Assembly (NCBI GenBank): GCA_963740975.1 | Contig: CAVUGF010000051.1 | Location: 7,286 to 71,285, forward strand | Source: an uncultured Alphaproteobacteria bacterium | Lineage (GTDB): Bacteria; Pseudomonadota; Alphaproteobacteria; Rhizobiales; Rhodomicrobiaceae | Reading direction: 5' to 3' | Length of the DNA: 64,000 bases | Part shown: positions 28,583 to 39,099 of the stretch, piece after piece | Layout: each line of letters starts with the position of its first letter | Position numbering within the stretch: position 1 is the stretch's first letter | Notes under the pieces: model-generated | What the model saw: the letters and a program-made list of their open reading frames with translations, nothing else | The model's database searches: none | Told to the model about the DNA's origin: nothing | Translations under genes and position numbers: made by a program

Positions 28583-29220
28583 TGGGAAAGCTGCCATGGA
28601 TCGTGGCCGGACTCTTCGCCGCGGGCATCATTCATATCCTCACCATCTTCGCGATCCCTGCGCTGGCCGGGCGCGACGCCTGGGGCCGCCTCTCCGCTGC
28701 GATCCCGCTGAACACGCTCGCCATCGCCGACGGCAAAACCGTGCCGCGCCTGCCCTTTACCCCGTCCGGCGACGTCGTCGCCTACTGCCTGTTCGATATC
28801 TCCAAGGGCAATTTTGTCGTCAAATCGCCGTTGCCGGAGCCGGCCTGGTCGCTCTCGCTCACAACGCGTTCCGGCGAAAACTTCTACCTCGTAACCGGAG
28901 CCGACGCGAAACGGCCGCAGGTGCGCCTCCTCGTCCTGCCGCATGAGCGCCTCTCGGAGGAAGCCAGCACCGAGGAAGGTGGCGAGCAAACCATCATCGT
29001 CGCTCCGGCGAAAACGGGAATTGTTGCCATCCGTGCGCCGCTCCGCGGCGAAAGCTTCCGGGCGCAGGCGATGGAAGAAATGCGCAAGGCGCGATGCGAG
29101 CTGGTGCCGCGGATTGAGCCTGCCGTTGCTGTGGTTGAGCCGGAAGCGTCCGCCCCCCCGCAGGAAGAGAAACAGCGGCAGCAGCCGCAACGGCGCAGGC
29201 GCTCTGCATTCCCGTTTTAG
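28579..29220 (+). CDS. DUF1254-like membrane-anchored protein
   Basis: AGIIHI....IP, YCLFDI, WSLSL....GENFY; coupled to the previous gene by an ATGA overlap. Confidence 0.65.
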   Translation: MMGKLPWIVAGLFAAGIIHILTIFAIPALAGRDAWGRLSAAIPLNTLAIADGKTVPRLPFTPSGDVVAYCLFDISKGNFVVKSPLPEPAWSLSLTTRSGENFYLVTGADAKRPQVRLLVLPHERLSEEASTEEGGEQTIIVAPAKTGIVAIRAPLRGESFRAQAMEEMRKARCELVPRIEPAVAVVEPEASAPPQEEKQRQQPQRRRRSAFPF

Positions 29221-29260
29221 CAGCTTGAGATAGCCTGGGTGAGGCGCCGCTAACGCTTTG

Positions 29261-29790
29261 GCCTGCCGCTGCCTATCTTGAAAAGGCCCGCTGGCACGGC
29301 GGTTTCATTTGCCCGCACTGTCAAACTAGCGGAGAGCCATTCCGTTTCGATAACCGCCCTGGCGTCCTGCGCTGCCGCAAATGTCGCAAGAACACAGGAT
29401 TGACCGTTGGTACGGTGATGGAGCGCAGTCATACGCCCCTCAGCGTCTGGTTCCGGGCTGCCTACCCCGTCATCAGTCAGACGCCCGGCATGCCGGCGGT
29501 GCAGTTCCAGCGTCAGCTTGGTTTGTCGCGCTACGAAACCGCTTTCGGCATCCTCGGCAAGCTCCGCGCCGTCTGCCTTGCCACCGATCCGGTCCTGGCC
29601 GGGCCGCACCATGACGGCGCGGAGCTTGTGGAGGATGCCTATGTGGGCGGGAAAACGCGCGGCGATGGCCGGGGTGTCCGGTATAAGACACAGGTGGTTG
29701 CCGCCGTCGAAGTTCGCCATCGGGAGCCGGGCACAGCACAGGACAAACGGAACGATGGCCGCTACGCCGGTCGTGTTCGCCTCGCCATCG
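29261..29790 (+). mobile_element. IS1595-family transposase remnant
   Basis: YLEKARWHGGFICPHC...LRCRKCRK zinc ribbon; VGTVMERSHTPLSVWF; QRQLGLSRYETAF; truncated at both ends. Confidence 0.85.
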
Positions 29791-29914
29791 CCACCTCTGT
29801 CTGCGCAGCGCGACGAACAAAAAAAGCACGTGAGGTTGGAAAACGAGCTGGAAACCAAGGCTCTCGGAAACAAAGCAAGAACTTCACAAGCGACTGATTA
29901 CTAATAGATTTTGC

Positions 29915-29989
29915 TGGTGCCGGCTGAGGGATTTGAACCCCCGGCCTTCGGTTTACAAAACCGCTGCACTACCACTGTGCTAAGCCGGC
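29915..29989 (-). tRNA. tRNA-Thr(TGT)
   Basis: Reverse complement GCCGGCTTAGCACAGTGGTAGTGCAGCGGTTTTGTAAACCGAAGGCCGGGGGTTCAAATCCCTCAGCCGGCACCA. Confidence 0.97.
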
Positions 29990-30222
29990 GAACGGCGCTG
30001 AAGCTGGCGCGGCGCTTTTGAGGGGCGGCGCATGCGCTTTTCCTGCCTGGAGTGAGTAATAACAAATCCCGGATCTCGAAGCAAGATGCGAGACTGCCTG
30101 TTCACACAATGCGCTCTTGGCGCGGCCAATCCGCGCGGCTTTGCTTGCGTGCGGCGCGGCCGGGCCTTAATTGTTCCAGCATTGAAACCTTCGCCGCGGC
30201 GGCTTCGAAAGGCTCAGGCCCC

Positions 30223-31887
30223 ATGACATCGAGCTTGCGCATCGCTTGCGCTCAACTCAATCCGGTGGTTGGCGACCTCTGCGGCAACGCGGAGCAGGCT
30301 CGCAACGCATGGACGCAGGCGCGTGCCGAAGCCGCGGACCTGATCCTTTTTCCCGAACTATTCATCGCAGGATACCCACCCGAGGACCTTGTGCTGAAGC
30401 CGGCCTTCGTGCAGGCCTGCATGGAAACGGTGCGCGGGCTCGCGAAAATCACAGAGGAAGGCGCGCCCGCCATGATCGTGGGCACGCCCTGGGGCGAGGA
30501 CGCCAAGGTCTATAACGCCGTGGCGCTGCTTGCGAGCGGCAAGGTCGAGACGCTGCGCTACAAGGTCGATCTGCCGAACTACAGCGTGTTCGACGAGAAG
30601 CGGAATTTCGCGGCGGGTTCGATGCCGGGGCCGGTGAACTTCAACGGCGTGCGGCTCGGCCTGCCCATTTGCGAGGATATCTGGACGGACGCGGTCACGG
30701 AATGCCTGGCTGAAAGTGGCGCCGAGCTTTTCCTCGTGCCCAACGGCTCGCCTTTCACGCTCAGCAAACGGGCGGTGCGCGAGAACGTTGCAGTTGCGCG
30801 CGTCGTGGAAACCGGCCTGCCCATGCTCTACGTCAATCAGGTTGGCGGCCAGGACGAGCTTGTCTTCGATGGCGGCTCGTTTGCGCTCAATCGCGGGGGA
30901 CGGCTCGCCGCACAGCTCCCGGCCTGGGAGACCGCGATTGCCATGACGGAATGGCGGCGCGAGGCGGAGGGCTGGGCCTGCGTGAGCGGGCCGATGGCTA
31001 CCGTCGAGGAAGGGAACGCCGCCGCCTACCTCGCCTGCGTGATGGGCCTTCGCGATTACGTCGAAAAGAACCGCTTCCCTGGCGTGGTGCTTGGCCTCTC
31101 CGGCGGCGTCGACTCGGCGCTCTGCGCGGCGATGGCGGTGGATGCCTTAGGGGCAGCGCGCGTGCATTGCATCATGATGCCCTATCGCTTCACCTCGCAC
31201 GACTCGCTCTCCGACGCCGCCGGCTGCGCGCAAGCCTTGGGTGTACGCTACGACATCGTTCCGATCCACCCGGCGGTCGAAGGATTTAGCGAGATGCTGC
31301 AGCCGCTCTTCGCAGGGCTCGAACCCGGGCTCGCCGAGGAGAACCTGCAATCGCGCGTCCGCGGCGTGACGGTGATGGCGATCTCCAACAAGTTCGGCGG
31401 CATGGTCGTCACCACGGGCAACAAGTCCGAGGTTTCGGCCGGCTACGCCACGCTCTACGGCGACATGAACGGGGGCTTCAACCCGGTCAAGGATCTCTAC
31501 AAGACGCAGGTCTTCGCGCTGTCGCGGTTCCGCAACGGCGCGCGGCCCAAAGGCTGCCTCGGCCCGGAAGGCGTGGTGATCCCGGAGAACATCCTCACCA
31601 AGGCGCCCACCGCCGAGCTGCGCGAGAACCAGACCGACCAGGATTTGCTGCCGCCCTACGATGCGCTCGACGATATCCTGCAAGCGCTCGTGGACCGCGA
31701 GGAACCGCTGGCGGCTATCGTTGCGCGCGGCCATGCGCCGGAGACTGTGAAAAAGGTTGAGCGCCTGCTCTATTTGTCGGAATACAAGCGGCGGCAGGCG
31801 GCGCCCGGCGTCAAGATCACCGAGCGGAATTTCGGCCGCGACCGGCGCTATCCCATCGTCAACCGCTTCCGCGAGACGCTTCCGTAG
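30223..31887 (+). CDS. nadE: Glutamine-dependent NAD+ synthetase
   Basis: Nitrilase domain (FPELF, LPNYSVFDEKR, ICED) plus GLSGGVDS, ENLQSR, TGNKSE, YATLYGD. Confidence 0.96.
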   Translation: MTSSLRIACAQLNPVVGDLCGNAEQARNAWTQARAEAADLILFPELFIAGYPPEDLVLKPAFVQACMETVRGLAKITEEGAPAMIVGTPWGEDAKVYNAVALLASGKVETLRYKVDLPNYSVFDEKRNFAAGSMPGPVNFNGVRLGLPICEDIWTDAVTECLAESGAELFLVPNGSPFTLSKRAVRENVAVARVVETGLPMLYVNQVGGQDELVFDGGSFALNRGGRLAAQLPAWETAIAMTEWRREAEGWACVSGPMATVEEGNAAAYLACVMGLRDYVEKNRFPGVVLGLSGGVDSALCAAMAVDALGAARVHCIMMPYRFTSHDSLSDAAGCAQALGVRYDIVPIHPAVEGFSEMLQPLFAGLEPGLAEENLQSRVRGVTVMAISNKFGGMVVTTGNKSEVSAGYATLYGDMNGGFNPVKDLYKTQVFALSRFRNGARPKGCLGPEGVVIPENILTKAPTAELRENQTDQDLLPPYDALDDILQALVDREEPLAAIVARGHAPETVKKVERLLYLSEYKRRQAAPGVKITERNFGRDRRYPIVNRFRETLP

Positions 31888-32429
31888 CCGTCCCTGCGGA
31901 GGCTGGGCTTATGCCTGCCGCTACAAATCCCGGCCGTTTTCTTCGGCGGCTGGGCTGGCGGACAGGCAGCGCGAAGCGCGATGGCGCGGCTGGAAATTCT
32001 GTTCCCCGTTGCATTTCGAATAACCCCATTTGCTACGGTTCCTGCTCATTTTGGGAGTTTTGGGCGCCTTCCGATTTTGAAATAATATAGCACAAAGGTT
32101 TTGAAAAACTATTAATCGTCATATGCTATTGATTCGCGTGACAAATATTCATCAGCGTCGATACAAGTTATGATTAATTGCCGATCTGCAATTATATTTA
32201 ACGGTATTTTTTAAAGCTTGAAAACATCTCAAAAACCTGAAATTCTACGCGAAAAGCTGCCTGTGGGCAACTCGCGATTCTAAATTAACCATGCCCGGAT
32301 TAACTATAGTCGTGCGGGGCTTGACAGGATGGAGCCTGCCCATAGACGGCCGCGACGCGGGCGTTGTCCCACCGATGGACCCGGCGGCGCGCTCTGCTGG
32401 CGCTTCGAGCCGTTGCCCAAGGATGCCGC

Positions 32430-32575
32430 CCCCATCGCGTTTGGACTATCGTCGATTGCGATGAACAGCTCTATGTCAGTCCGGGATATCGCTTCGTGAA
32501 CCGCATCGATTACCTGCTCTGCGAAGTACCGTGGACTGACGAAGACAGGTTCCTGCCGGATTACCGCTATGATGG
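32430..32575 (+). pseudogene. Fragment of a mobile-element hypothetical protein
   Basis: HRVWTIVDCDEQLYVSPGYRFVNRIDYLLCEVPW looks protein-like, but there is no credible start. Confidence 0.4.
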
Positions 32576-32881
32576 AACTGCACCTATCCGGTTAGCACGG
32601 ACAGCCACTACATATTGGGTTAGCGCGAAACCGCAGATGACCCAAAGAAGGCGTCGCCGCCGATTAAGGCGAAACTGCATGGTTGGGTGGGAAGCGATAA
32701 TGGCGATTTCATTGGTTTGACGGCCGGGCGATGGCCGCTTTCGGAACACGAAGCAAAAACTTGCTAATCGGCAGAGGGATTCGAGGCCGAATAGCGCGCC
32801 GCCCTATCGATACGCTTACCACCATGGCCGCACGGCGGAATACCAGGGCGGCCGCCGTGCTGCATATCAGGTGCCGCTGCA

Positions 32882-35800
32882 TTACCTTTGTTCGCCTGCT
32901 TCAAGTAGAGCGGGGGCAAACCCCGTGCCTGAGTTCTCGCCTTTTGCTGCGTTCATCGGACGAGGGTGCGGCCGCGAGGGAACGCCGAATGCCAAGGCAT
33001 ACAAGGCCGGCAGGAATGTCATGGTGAGGATGGTTGCGGCGATCAGCCCGCCCATGATGGAGAGCGACATCGGGCCCCAGAACGGCGAGCCCGCGAGCGG
33101 CACGAGCGCCAGAACCGCCGCAGCCGCCGTCAACACGATCGGCCTGAAACGGCGTACGGCGGAGCCAATAATGGCGTCATAGGCATCGATGCCAGCCTCG
33201 ATATCCTGCTTGATCTGATCCACGAGAATCACGCTGTTACGCATGATGATGCCGGCAAGGGCGATAACGCCCAGGATCGCCACGAATCCGAAAGGCTGCT
33301 GGAAGATTAAGAGCGCTGCCGCGGCGCCGATTATGCCTAGCGGGGCGGTGGCAAGCACGAGCATGGTTTTGCCCAGGCTTTGCAACTGCACCATCAGTAA
33401 GAGCAGCACCACGATGACCAGGACCGGTACCTTTGCCGCAATAGAGGCCTGGCCCTTGGCCGACTCCTCGACGGCGCCTTGCATCTCGATGCGGTAACCT
33501 AGGGCCAGGCCCTGCCGCAACGGTTCAAGCTGCTGGTAAATCGCCTTTGCCACATCTGGCGATTGCACGCCATCGGGAATGAGCCCCTGAACGGTGATGG
33601 TGGGCAGGCGGTCGCGCCGCCACTCAACGCCAGACTCGAAAGCAAGCCGTACGCTCGCAACCTGAGAGACCGGGACGGAGGCACCCGATGCGGTCTTGAC
33701 ATAGGCGTTTTCGACTGCCGTCAGCAGTCCTCGCGTACTTTTGGGCTCGCGCAGCACCACGCCAATGGTTTGGTCGTTCTCACGGAACTCGGAGATCTGA
33801 ACGCCGGACAGGGCGGCCTGCAACGTCTGCCGGATGGCGGCGGAGGTGACGCCGATGGCGCGCGCGCGGTCCTGATCGATACCGAGTTGCAAGGACGGCG
33901 CTGGCTCGTGCCAATTGTCATGCACGTTGAAGACTTGCGGATGCGCGGCGGTTACCCTTTTCACTTCGTCCGCAATGCGCCGGACTTCATCGCGATCGGG
34001 ACCTTGCACGCGAAACTGAACCGGCCAGCCGACTGGCGGCCCAAGAAAGAGCCGGTCGACTTTGGAACGCACGCCTGGAAAATCGGCGGCGAGAAGGCCG
34101 CGCATCCGCTTGATGATGGCGTCGCGGTCTTTCGAGACTTTCGGGATAACCAGGAACTGCGCGAAATTCTGGTTCTTGAGCTGCTGGTCGAGCGGGAGGA
34201 AGAACCGGGGTATCCCCTCGCCAACGAAGGCCGTCACCGAGCCCACATCGTTGTCAGCCAATAGCCGCCGCTCCAATCGCAGCGCTTGAGCCTCGGTTTC
34301 TTTGTAGGAGGTGCCTTCTGGCAGCCAAAGGTCGGCGAGGATTCTCAGGCCGGTCCGACGAAGGGAAAAATTGCTGAGGAATGAGCGTGAAGCTTGCGCC
34401 CGCCAAGCCGAACGCCGCAATGGTGAGCACGATAACCGTTCTGCGCCACCTGACACACCAGGCGATTGCGCGGCGAAGGCCACGGTAGGCCCGCGTATCG
34501 TATACATCGATATCGCTGCCTTCCCGGTGGGGCCGGTGCCTTAAAAGCATAAAGCCGAGCCATGGCGTAAACGTCACCGCGGCGAACCACGAGATCACGA
34601 GCGCGATGCCCGCAACCCAGAACAGCGTGTTCACATATTCGCCCGACGTACTGGCCGCGAAGCCCACGGGGATGAAACCCGCCACGGTAATGAGCGTGCC
34701 GGTCAGCATCGGAAAGGCGGTGGATGTGTAAGCGAAAGAGGCGGCAGAGAGCTTTCCATGCCCCTCGTCGAGCTTCCGTTCCATCATCTCGACGGCGATC
34801 ATGGCGTCGTCCACGAGCAGCCCCAGCGCGATGATGAGCGCGCCGAGCGAGATCCGCTGCAAGTCGATGCCGATGATAAGCATAACGAGGAAGGTCGCTC
34901 CGAGCACAAGCGGGATCGTCAGGGCGACCACAATGCCCGCGCGCCAGCCAAGCGAGAGGAGCGAGACCGCCAGCACGATCAAAAGCGCCTCGCCCAGTGA
35001 CTCCAGGAACTCGCCCACGGCCTTGCCGACGACGGCTGGCTGATCGGAGATCTTGCCGAATTCGACCCCGGCCGGGAGGCCGGCGTAAATGCGCTTCAGC
35101 GTGCTTTCGAGATCCTTGCCCACCTCGACGACGTTGAATCCCTTTGCCATCACGGCGCCGAGCACGACGCTTTCCTTGCCGTCACGGCGGATCTTTGAGG
35201 TAGGGGGATCCTCGACGCCGCGTTTGACGGTCGCGATGTCGCCGAGCCGTACTGTCTGCCCGCCCGTCCTGATCCTCAAATCGCGGATCTCATCGGCGCT
35301 CAGGATCGTGCCTTGCACATCGAGCCTGACAGAGCGGTCTGAGGTCTCCACCGTGCCCGCGGGCGCCTGGCTGTTTTGCCCGGCAAGTGCGGCCTGAATG
35401 TCCTGGGCGGAAATGTTGCGTTCGGCCAGCACACGGGATGGGATTTCGATATAAACTTTCTCGTCCTGGACACCGAGCAAATCGATCTTGGCAATGCCGG
35501 GGACGCGCAAAAGAATATCGCGAGCGTTTTTCGCGAAGTCGCGCAGCTCCGGATAAGAGAAGCCCGCGCCTTCGATCGCGTAAAGTGCCAGATAGGTGTC
35601 GCCGAACTCGTCGTTGAAGAACGGCCCCAGCACACCTTGGGGGAACGTATTCTGGATGTCGCCCAGCTTCTTGCGCACCTGGTAGAAGGCGTCGCTCACC
35701 TCGCGGCCGCGGGCCTCGCCGCGCAGATTGACGAAAATGACCGCGCTGCCAGGACGCGCATAGGACTGCACATAGTCGAGCTGAGGCGTCTCCTGGATTT

Positions 35801-36050
35801 TGCGCTCGATCTTGTCGACAACCTGCTCCTGCAGTTCTTGCACGCTCGCACCCGGCCACATCACTTGCACGACCATGACGCGGAAGGTGAAGTCGGGGTC
35901 TTCCTTCTGGCCGAGATTGGCGAGCGCGAACAGCCCCGAAGCAAGGATGAGCACGAACAGAAAGCGCGTGAGGCTCGAATGCTCGATTGCCCAGCGCGAG
36001 AGATTGAAGGCGTATTGTGCAGGCGCCCTTCCGGGTAATCGGCCGTCCAT
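32882..36050 (-). CDS. RND efflux permease (AcrB family); single frameshift near 34342
   Basis: FNLSRWA, GQKEDPDF, ALGLLVDDAMI, RRFRPIVLT; the two ORFs join on removing one base (GAGAATC to GAGATC). Confidence 0.92.
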
Positions 36051-36100
36051 CTTCAGACCCTCTTCCTTAAGTTCGAGACCTAGCGCTCAGCCGTCTCAGG

Positions 36101-37234
36101 CTATTCCGCCGCTGCTGTTAGGATTTCCTTGGCAAGGCGCACTTTCATGCCGTCCTTGAGAAACTGAACGCCGCCGGTCACGACGATTTGGCCCGGCTTG
36201 AGGCCCGATTTGATCCGCACGCCGGCCTCGCTCACGCCATCGGTTTCGACCTCGCGAAGTGCCACGGTCTGCGACTGCCTGTCCGCGACGTAGGCGATTG
36301 TCTTTCCATCCCGTTGCGTGAGCGCTGCCAAAGGCACGACGGGTGCGGGCACGTCCTGTGGCAGGTTGAACGACACCGACGTGGTCATGCCGATACGCAT
36401 CTCGGGCACGGGATGCACGATGGTCACGCGAACGCCATAAGTGCGCGAGGCGGCATCGGCGGCGCCGGCGATCTCGCGGATTTCGCCCTCGCTTTTGACG
36501 CCCGGCGCGGACCAAATCGCGATGGAGGCAGCCCCGCCCGGCCTGAGCTTGACGATCTCTTGCTCGGGAACGGCAACGGACACCTCGACGCCGCCGGCAA
36601 GCGCTTCGGTAATGACAGCTTGGCCGGCAGCCACGACTTGGCCAGGCTCCGCGCGGACAGAGGTTACGATCCCATCTTTGTCCGCGAGCAGCAGCGCATA
36701 GCTTGTGGCGTTGGCCGCCTGATTGAGCTGGTCCCCGGCCGCATCGAGCGCCGACTGCGCCGCGTCCATTTCGAGCTGGCGCTGATCGGCGGCGGCTTGT
36801 GCGATAAAGCCATTCGGAAGCAGGTAAGCCGCTCGCTTGAGCGCGTCTTTTGCAACGGCCGCGCGCGTCTTTGCGCTTGTCACGGCGGAGCGGGCGCTGT
36901 TCTCGGCAAGCTTCAAGTCAACCTCATCGAGACGGGCGATTTTCTGGCCGGCAGCAATGCGGTCGCCGGCGTTAACGTAACGCTCGACGATCTTGCCCGG
37001 CACGCGGAAACCGAGGGCGCTTTCGATGCGCGGCGCGATCACGCCCGAATAGGTGAGCACCCGATGCGGGAGGGCGGCCGGAACGATCATCGCCTTGACC
37101 GGCCGGACGGTCACTTCCGCTACTTTCGCTTCTCCGCAGCTTGCCAGCGCCAGGGGCAGCAGAAGAACAGCCGTAAGCCTTCTCGCGCTGCTTACGAATG
37201 ATAGACTTTCACACTTGTCACATTTCGGGCGCAT
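36101..37234 (-). CDS. RND periplasmic adaptor (MFP) lipoprotein
   Basis: Lipobox LASC; LGFRVPGKI, GQVVAAGQ, ASRTY, GLKPG..VVTGG. Confidence 0.92.
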   Translation of the reverse strand: MRPKCDKCESLSFVSSARRLTAVLLLPLALASCGEAKVAEVTVRPVKAMIVPAALPHRVLTYSGVIAPRIESALGFRVPGKIVERYVNAGDRIAAGQKIARLDEVDLKLAENSARSAVTSAKTRAAVAKDALKRAAYLLPNGFIAQAAADQRQLEMDAAQSALDAAGDQLNQAANATSYALLLADKDGIVTSVRAEPGQVVAAGQAVITEALAGGVEVSVAVPEQEIVKLRPGGAASIAIWSAPGVKSEGEIREIAGAADAASRTYGVRVTIVHPVPEMRIGMTTSVSFNLPQDVPAPVVPLAALTQRDGKTIAYVADRQSQTVALREVETDGVSEAGVRIKSGLKPGQIVVTGGVQFLKDGMKVRLAKEILTAAAE

Positions 37235-37256
37235 GGCTCCGGCCTTCCGTTCGATG

Positions 37257-37847
37257 CTACGCTTTCAAGGCTGATAGAATGAATGCCGCCATCTCGGACG
37301 GCGTTGGCGTATTTGGATCGCACCCGCACTGCGCGGCGACCACGGGATGTTTGAGGCCAACCAGGGCGAAGTGAACGCAACGCGCCGCTTGCCTGGGATC
37401 TTGGCGCCTGAACTCGCCGGACTCGATGCCGCTCGCGATGATGCTGGCGATCAGGGCCTCGATGAAGTCCAGGTGGCGCTCGATGGCGCCCCAGTTCTCC
37501 TCCATAGCGACGACGACCATCTCATGGACTTTTTTTTCATGACTGAGCATTTCGGCGGTATTGCGGGCAAGCAGCTCAATCAACTGAGTAAGTCTATCCG
37601 AGGCAGGCGCATCCGCGCTCGCGACCTTGTGGAGCTGGACCTCAAAACCGGAAATTATGGCAGCACAAATCGCCTCGTTGATGGCGGACTTGGAGGCAAA
37701 GAAGCGATAGACATTGGCGGAGGACATCGCGCAGGCTTCGGCGATGTCGGCGACGGTGGTTTTCGAATAGCCGTAATGCCGGAACAGCCGCTCGGCTTCG
37801 GTTACGATGCGCGCGCGTGTTTCATCGGCAGTTGGGGCAGGTGTCAT
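37257..37847 (-). CDS. TetR family regulator
   Basis: AERLFRHYGYSKTTVADIA....MSSANVYRFFASK. Confidence 0.93.
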   Translation of the reverse strand: MTPAPTADETRARIVTEAERLFRHYGYSKTTVADIAEACAMSSANVYRFFASKSAINEAICAAIISGFEVQLHKVASADAPASDRLTQLIELLARNTAEMLSHEKKVHEMVVVAMEENWGAIERHLDFIEALIASIIASGIESGEFRRQDPRQAARCVHFALVGLKHPVVAAQCGCDPNTPTPSEMAAFILSALKA

Positions 37848-38043
37848 TATGGCTGCGTTTCTGATCAGTGATAAATGTCATTTTTTATCACTATCTAAGA
37901 TGATGCCCCTTAGCAAGCCGGCTGCCGCATTCGGGGCAGTAATCCCGCGTAAAATTTTCGAGACCGCCCCCCAGCGGCGTTTGGATCGTGCCGGTTCACC
38001 TTGGACCGAAAGGAGTCAGGTGAAGCCGGGTTGGTGCCGGGCT

Positions 38044-38150
38044 GTAACGCCAGCCGCCACAGCGCGCTGTCCTATGAGCACGCGGGTAAGATCGAGGCGC
38101 AGTTGAAGGCCGAGGTGGCGGAGCTGATGGCGAAGGCCGAAGCCGCGGAT
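38044..38150 (+). mobile_element. IS1182-family transposase fragment
   Basis: NASRHSALSYEHAGKIEAQLKAEVAELMAKAEAAD, the segment that follows the DGTK motif in this family. Confidence 0.65.
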
Positions 38151-38165
38151 ATCCTGCGCAACTGC

Positions 38166-38318
38166 CAGCAGAACATCAAGGTCAGCGAGGATTGTTCGGC
38201 GGCGTTCGCCGCCCTCGCCAGGGCGCTCGGCGTCAGCAAGGCCGCGCTCTTCGAGGACATGGTCGCCGAACGGCTGGCGACGGCCGAGTGGCAAGGGCTG
38301 AGGTTGAAGATCAGGTAA
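38166..38318 (+). pseudogene. 5'-truncated RHH gene homologous to 1221..1454
   Basis: 29 identical bp CAGCAGAACATCAAGGTCAGCGAGGATTG and co-linear protein similarity to the stop codon. Confidence 0.85.
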
Positions 38319-38329
38319 CGGAGCGAGCC

Positions 38330-38924
38330 ATGCCCTCCAAGGCGTCCATTGCAGGCAGGTTGCCGGTGCGCCGGGGCCTCGATGAGAGCGAGGCGGCGGT
38401 CTATGCTGTACCTCGGCGTGCGGCGCTCGGACGCGGTTCTGATCGGCAAGAAGCACGAGAGCAGGGATGGACTGTCGGTCACTTTCCAGGTGTTCAAGGG
38501 ACGCAAGAAGGGCGCAAAGATTCTCACGCTTCCGATTTTAGCGCCGCTGCGCGCCATCCTGGACGCAAGCCAGCTGGGGAGCGAAACTTGGCTGGAAACT
38601 GCTTTTGGCAAGCCGCACACGGCCGCCGGATTCGGTAACATCTTTAGGACGTGGTGCGTGGAAGCGGGGCTGACGCAATGCTCACCGCATGGTCTGCGCA
38701 AGATCGGCGCAGTGCGGGCGGCGGAGGCGGGGGCAAGCGAACATGAGTTGATGGCGATGTTCGGCTGGGACGATGCCAACATGGCGCGCATTTATACGCG
38801 CAAGGCGGCGCAGAAAAAAATGGCCGCGAGCGGTGCGGCGAAGGTCAGCAACAGCCGGATCATTGTCCCACCCACTGTCCCACCAGAAGAAAACTCCAGC
38901 AAAAACAGCATCTTAGAAGGCTAT
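38330..38924 (+). pseudogene. Excisionase N-terminus joined by deletion to a tyrosine integrase catalytic domain
   Basis: MPSKASIAGRLPVRRGLDESEAAVY followed out of frame by MLYLGVRRSD..HGLRK..MFGW..IYT; TGTCCCACC repeated at 38864 and 38876. Confidence 0.8.
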
Positions 38925-38999
38925 TGGCGCCCCGTAGGAGAATCGAACTCCTGTTTCAGCCGTGAGAGGGCCGCGTCCTGACCGCTAGACGAACGGGGC
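38925..38999 (-). tRNA. tRNA-Glu(CTC)
   Basis: Reverse complement GCCCCGTTCGTCTAGCGGTCAGGACGCGGCCCTCTCACGGCTGAAACAGGAGTTCGATTCTCCTACGGGGCGCCA. Confidence 0.97.
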
Positions 39000-39099
39000 G
39001 AGCGATATCGCGAACATAATTCGCGAACGCCCGCCGATCAAGCGTTATTCCAGATCTAATGCAGTTTCCAACGCGCATGTTGCCGGATGCGGATGCACT

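Larger units (their letters stand above)
32000..38924. mobile_element. Decayed genomic island at the tRNA-Glu(CTC) 3' end (left boundary approximate)
   Basis: Integrase remnant next to the tRNA, RHH/Xis/IS fragments, RND cargo, AT-rich left flank; no att duplication found. Confidence 0.6.

Noticed and set aside
31890-32360. att duplication of the tRNA-Glu 3' end marking the island's left boundary
   Set aside because: No convincing copy of TGGCGCCCCGTAGGAG found by eye, so the boundary remains approximate
38925-38981. Integrase ORF extending into the tRNA-Glu antisense strand as a functional overlap
   Set aside because: Expected by-product of integration at att; the gene is also 5'-deleted
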